From a virus (taxonomy: Duplodnaviria > Caudoviricetes): 49,555 bases of DNA. Position numbers and translations under genes: made by a program. The stretch covers positions 1 to 49,555 of the IMG/VR virus record IMGVR_UViG_3300017565_000024; one strand, written 5' to 3'. Below are positions 46,133 to 49,555 of this stretch, one piece after another. How positions within the stretch are numbered: the first letter of the stretch is position 1; every line of letters begins with the position of its first letter. Below the pieces are notes generated by a model. That model was not told where the DNA came from, did not search any database, and saw only the letters and a program-made list of their open reading frames with translations.

Positions 46133-46136
46133 GCTG

Positions 46137-46316
46137 TTATCGCACTCTGAATTCATTCTGGCTTTTTACGTAATACATACCATTTATTTTAACTGCATCT
46201 TTGATGTGCCTTTCTATAATGCCAGCATTGATCTTTTCGCCGTCCTGCCAAACCTCCACGGGGAGTTGTTGCAGAAAGGCGGTGTTGAAATGGTCTGAGT
46301 TACTCAATTGGTTCAC
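46137..46316 (-). CDS. 59-aa moron protein
   Basis: Manual translation MNQLSNSDHF...EFRVR with RBS AAAGGAG. TGTCGAA (0A box / sigH-type -10) lies at 46347-46341. Confidence 0.65.
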   Translation of the reverse strand: MNQLSNSDHFNTAFLQQLPVEVWQDGEKINAGIIERHIKDAVKINGMYYVKSQNEFRVR

Positions 46317-46394
46317 TGTATCACTCCTTTAATATTAACTTTCGACAGGGAGTAATGCAGTGCCTTCCCTATGTGGTAAAATAGCGTTGGAGGT

Positions 46395-46715
46395 GTGTTC
46401 ATGGAATGCAAAATAAATGTGTTTATCAATGACCAGTTGGTTGCAGAATATAAAAGCATTGAAGAAATGAAACGGGCTAATTTGTATCATATCGATGAAA
46501 GTGAAGTAAGAAGGATTCGGACAGGTGACACATATGAATTGAGGCTGGCATTACCCGATGCTGTGAAAGGTGTGGCTGTCCGTAATAATTCGATTGACTC
46601 AGCCTTGGACAAATTATCCGAGCTTGAGGAGATAATAATGTACGACGCTAGCCAAACACCGGAAAAAGAACAATTGATTAATGATATCAGGGAAGCATTG
46701 CAGTCGCTCAAATGA
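46395..46715 (+). CDS. Hypothetical protein (moron)
   Basis: RBS GGAGGTG, upstream extended -10 TGGTAAAAT, and its own terminator at 46702-46725. Confidence 0.65.
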   Translation: MFMECKINVFINDQLVAEYKSIEEMKRANLYHIDESEVRRIRTGDTYELRLALPDAVKGVAVRNNSIDSALDKLSELEEIIMYDASQTPEKEQLINDIREALQSLK

Positions 46716-46752
46716 GCGGCTTTTTATTTTGTCAAGAAATGGGGGTGGTACG

Positions 46753-46911
46753 ATGAGTGAGTCGGAACAGTTACGAATGCACTTTGATGAACTCTGTATT
46801 GAACTGGAGAAAACAACAGCTTACAAAGCAATCAAAAGATCCGTCTTCTGGCTTGCTATTAAGATCGAATCAGCGCTGGTTTATTGGTGGAACTACCGAT
46901 TACGTCAATAA
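46753..46911 (+). CDS. Hypothetical protein
   Basis: 52 aa with RBS GGGGGTGG. Confidence 0.5.
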   Translation: MSESEQLRMHFDELCIELEKTTAYKAIKRSVFWLAIKIESALVYWWNYRLRQ

Positions 46912-46939
46912 AGAGGCCTTTACACAAAGGAGGAATGGC

Positions 46940-47215
46940 ATGATGTCAATTAGGGTAATTGTACAAAATGTTGTTTTAGTGCTGCTGGCAGTCACTACAG
47001 TGTGGAGCCTGTGGAATAACTACCAACAAACAAAGCTCCACCGGTTGTATGGGCGGCATATAGGGCTTCGAGCTGAGATGAATGCCGAGTATGGAAAGGC
47101 TATAGATCGAATACATGCCATCAATGAACAATCAGAAGTGTTCAATCGGCGGTTGGATTATGAACTAAACGATCTTCGTTTGAGGTTCCTTCATCGCTTT
47201 GGAATAGAAGACTAA
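46940..47215 (+). CDS. Hypothetical membrane protein
   Basis: RBS AAAGGAGG and an N-terminal TM helix. Confidence 0.6.
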   Translation: MMSIRVIVQNVVLVLLAVTTVWSLWNNYQQTKLHRLYGRHIGLRAEMNAEYGKAIDRIHAINEQSEVFNRRLDYELNDLRLRFLHRFGIED

Positions 47216-47256
47216 CAAGCGAAACCAACACAACGCCGGAGGTGGTGATTGATGTA

Positions 47257-48063
47257 ATGGCTAAACCCAGGGACCCGAGAAGGGAAAAGGCTTTTGGGCT
47301 TTGGAAAGCCAGCAATGGAGCGGTTGATTTGGTTGAAATCGCCAAATGCCTTGGCGTATCGCCCGGAACAGTCCGCGGTTGGAAAAGCAAGGATAATTGG
47401 AACGCTAAAATGAATGGAACGCAAGTGAATAAGGAACGAAACGTTCCTCAACGTTCCGAAAAAAAGATAATGAATACCGAGCATGTCGAGCCACCGCAAG
47501 TTATGGATGATTTTACTGATAAACGGCGGATATTTGTCTTGGAGTACCTGAGAGACTTTAACGCTACCAGGGCAGCGATAGCAGCAGGATATAGCAAGCG
47601 ATCTGCCTATGCAGAGGGTTGGCGGCTGTTGAGGAATGATGAAGTCCAAGCGGAGTTAAAGCGGCTCAAAGAAATGCATACGCTGGAATTGGGGTTAAGC
47701 ATCCAACGAATTATTGCTGAATATATGAAAATCGCATTCGCAGACATAACGGATGTGGCTGAGTTCGGCAGAAGGGATGTACCAATCTTTGATGATGAAG
47801 GAAAGTTGGTGAAGCATGAATTAACTGGCGAAGTCATGACGGTGAAAGAAAACTACCTTAACTTCAAAAATGCCCATGAGATTGACGGAACGGTAATCAG
47901 CGAGATTAAGCAAGGAAAAAATGGGGTATCCGTGAAGTTGCACGACAAGATTAGGGCATTGGATAAATTGGAACGATATACGGATTACATGACTGATGAG
48001 GAAAAGCTACGGATGGAAAAGACACGATTAGAAATAGAGGCGCTGAAAGAAAAGGGTTGGTGA
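47257..48063 (+). CDS. Second terminase small subunit (pac-type, Terminase_2 family with N-terminal HTH)
   Basis: IAKCLGVSPGTVRGWKSKDNW, FVLEYLRDFNATRAAIAAGYS and KLHDKIRAL motifs. Confidence 0.85.
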   Translation: MAKPRDPRREKAFGLWKASNGAVDLVEIAKCLGVSPGTVRGWKSKDNWNAKMNGTQVNKERNVPQRSEKKIMNTEHVEPPQVMDDFTDKRRIFVLEYLRDFNATRAAIAAGYSKRSAYAEGWRLLRNDEVQAELKRLKEMHTLELGLSIQRIIAEYMKIAFADITDVAEFGRRDVPIFDDEGKLVKHELTGEVMTVKENYLNFKNAHEIDGTVISEIKQGKNGVSVKLHDKIRALDKLERYTDYMTDEEKLRMEKTRLEIEALKEKGW

Positions 48064-48064
48064 C

Positions 48065-48745
48065 ATGGCGACACATGCAATCCTGCAAGTGTTCTATGCT
48101 TCAAAAGAATGGCGCAGCCTTCGCTTACAACTGATTGTTGAACGAATGGGAACATGTGAGCGATGCGGCATTATACATTTGTCAATCGACTTGGTTGGCC
48201 ACCACATCATTGAGTTGACGCCAGAAAACGTCCAAGATCACAATATCAGCCTAAACCCTGAAAACATAGAAATCATCTGCCGCACTTGCCACGACTTGGA
48301 ACACAACCGGTTTGGCAAGCGAAAGGAAAAGAAGGTTTTTTTGGTTTATGGTCCTCCATTGGCTGGAAAGAAAGAATTCGTCATTCAACAAATGCGCCGC
48401 GGCGATCTTGTCATCAACATGGATGATTTGTATTCAGCTATATCGGGACTTCCAGAGTACGACAAGCCAGACAATTTATTCTCAAATGTCATCGCGGTAC
48501 ACAACCAATTAATCGACCAAGCCAAGACAAGGATGGGTAAATGGGAGAATGCCTGGATCGTTGGCGGCTACGCCGATAAATTCAAGCGGAATCGAACAGC
48601 ATCTGACGTAGGGGCAGAATTGATTTTTATTAATGCATCCAATGAGGAATGCTTGTCCAGGCTTGAGATGGACGAAAGGCTGAAATATCGAAAAGCAGAA
48701 TGGCGCGGGTACATTAACAAATGGTTTGAACAGTACAGGGAATGA
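48065..48745 (+). CDS. HNH endonuclease fused to a P-loop domain
   Basis: CERC...GHHIIEL...N...ICRTCHDLEH, followed by VYGPPLAGK. Confidence 0.88.
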   Translation: MATHAILQVFYASKEWRSLRLQLIVERMGTCERCGIIHLSIDLVGHHIIELTPENVQDHNISLNPENIEIICRTCHDLEHNRFGKRKEKKVFLVYGPPLAGKKEFVIQQMRRGDLVINMDDLYSAISGLPEYDKPDNLFSNVIAVHNQLIDQAKTRMGKWENAWIVGGYADKFKRNRTASDVGAELIFINASNEECLSRLEMDERLKYRKAEWRGYINKWFEQYRE

Positions 48746-48754
48746 GGTGAGTGT

Positions 48755-48940
48755 ATGAGTGAGGAGCAGCCAAAGAAAGCAACAAGGGTAACTGGTGATC
48801 CCAAGCGAGTAGAAGTTAAATTGCTGTATCTGGCAGAATTACGGCAACTGTCATTCAGAGGAGCAGCCTTGGCGGGCAATAATATCGACGCCAGAATTGC
48901 AAAGGTATGCGACAGCATCGAAAGCGACTTGTCCATATAA
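48755..48940 (+). CDS. Hypothetical protein
   Basis: 61 aa with RBS GAGGTG. Confidence 0.6.
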   Translation: MSEEQPKKATRVTGDPKRVEVKLLYLAELRQLSFRGAALAGNNIDARIAKVCDSIESDLSI

Positions 48941-48960
48941 AACAGAAAGGGTGAATTATT

Positions 48961-49503
48961 ATGTCAGTCTTCCAAAACAAAGAGGTATCGCCAGCGCTGA
49001 TGCTAGTAAATGACAGCGGCAACCTTGTCCCATTCGCACCAGGCAGCGGCGAGGTAGACGGGGAACTAATTAAATCGTATGACGGTAAGGTTATTAAGCC
49101 ATTGCTTCTAATGGTATTGGATGATGATGGATCACTAAGACCTGCTACCGCTGCTGACTTTGGAAGTGGAGGAGGAGAGGGACCTTCTTCTATAGCGTGG
49201 GGGAATGTAACGGGAAAGCCTGCCGTTATTGCAGCGGGTGAAGATGCTGCTGCCGCACGTACAGCGATTGGAGCTGGAACTAGCAGCCAAAACCTACCTA
49301 CACTAACAGCAGCAGCAGCTACAACCGGTACGGCGACGGCTGCCAGTGCTATTACGGCTGCTGTTTTAGCGGGAGCAGTTAATGAGCGCACTAAAGGAAA
49401 GGCACAGATTGCTGCTCTTACTCCTATAGCAGATACGGCGACAGCGGATGTAGAAGATGTAGCGACGCTGCTTAATGGGGTAATCGCTGCACTTAAAGCA
49501 TAG
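48961..49503 (+). CDS. Head-fibre / decoration-like protein
   Basis: IAWGNVTGKP, AAAARTAIGAG and C-terminal LNGVIAALKA. Ala/Thr-rich. Confidence 0.6.
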   Translation: MSVFQNKEVSPALMLVNDSGNLVPFAPGSGEVDGELIKSYDGKVIKPLLLMVLDDDGSLRPATAADFGSGGGEGPSSIAWGNVTGKPAVIAAGEDAAAARTAIGAGTSSQNLPTLTAAAATTGTATAASAITAAVLAGAVNERTKGKAQIAALTPIADTATADVEDVATLLNGVIAALKA

Positions 49504-49555
49504 AAGAAGGCGAATGCCCCCCCCAGTGGAAAAAGAAAGGAGCGCCATCGGTAAC

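Larger units (their letters stand above)
1..49555. mobile_element. Temperate siphovirus genome (HK97-like head, non-contractile tail), apparently complete, attP intact
   Basis: Packaging, head, tail, lysis, integration, immunity, replication and late-activator modules are all present in canonical order. No host housekeeping genes are seen. The window opens just before TerS and closes after the HNH region. Confidence 0.95.

Noticed and set aside
47433-47447. GGAAC-GAAAC-GTTCC as a LexA box
   Set aside because: The spacer is 5 bp and the site is inside terS coding sequence.
1-49555. tRNA, rRNA, CRISPR array, intron/intein or IS element
   Set aside because: I recognised none by eye. A tRNAscan or Rfam search would be needed to exclude small RNAs.

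Overview
The window looks like an essentially complete ~49.6 kb temperate siphovirus of a spore-forming Firmicute, most likely Paenibacillaceae (inferred from protein styles and LexA/sigA motifs). It appears linearised at a probable cos site and has an intact attP, so it is the excised or virion form. Gene order: terminase, portal, protease and HK97-type capsid (53-5316); head-tail and tail genes (5362-20337), including a -1 frameshift chaperone, a split Dit, an HxH-needle Tal and a 7-bladed propeller fibre; lysis (20388-21731); an accessory block (21769-27708); attP and tyrosine integrase, with a core encoding the FPHTSHVE C-terminus of an RlmD/RumA methyltransferase; the ImmA/repressor/Cro switch; recombination and replication genes; a long small-gene early region; a late activator; then a second TerS, an HNH-P-loop protein and a fibre-like gene. 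The most notable observations are: (1) a LexA-wired SOS module (PolY, YolD, ligase, a WYL-like mini-protein and an HTH-less repressor C-terminal domain) together with a phage-encoded LexA DNA-binding-domain-only protein; (2) a reverse-strand NUDIX gene bounded by two direct-repeat, 28-29 bp palindromic recombination-like sites, resembling a mobile gene cassette; (3) a low-GC two-gene operon (unknown gene plus HTH-ImmA peptidase) resembling RosmerTA-type defence; (4) six early genes each bracketed by their own 10-17 bp direct repeat; (5) two unrelated small terminases. All family assignments come from motif recognition by eye; no database searches were run.
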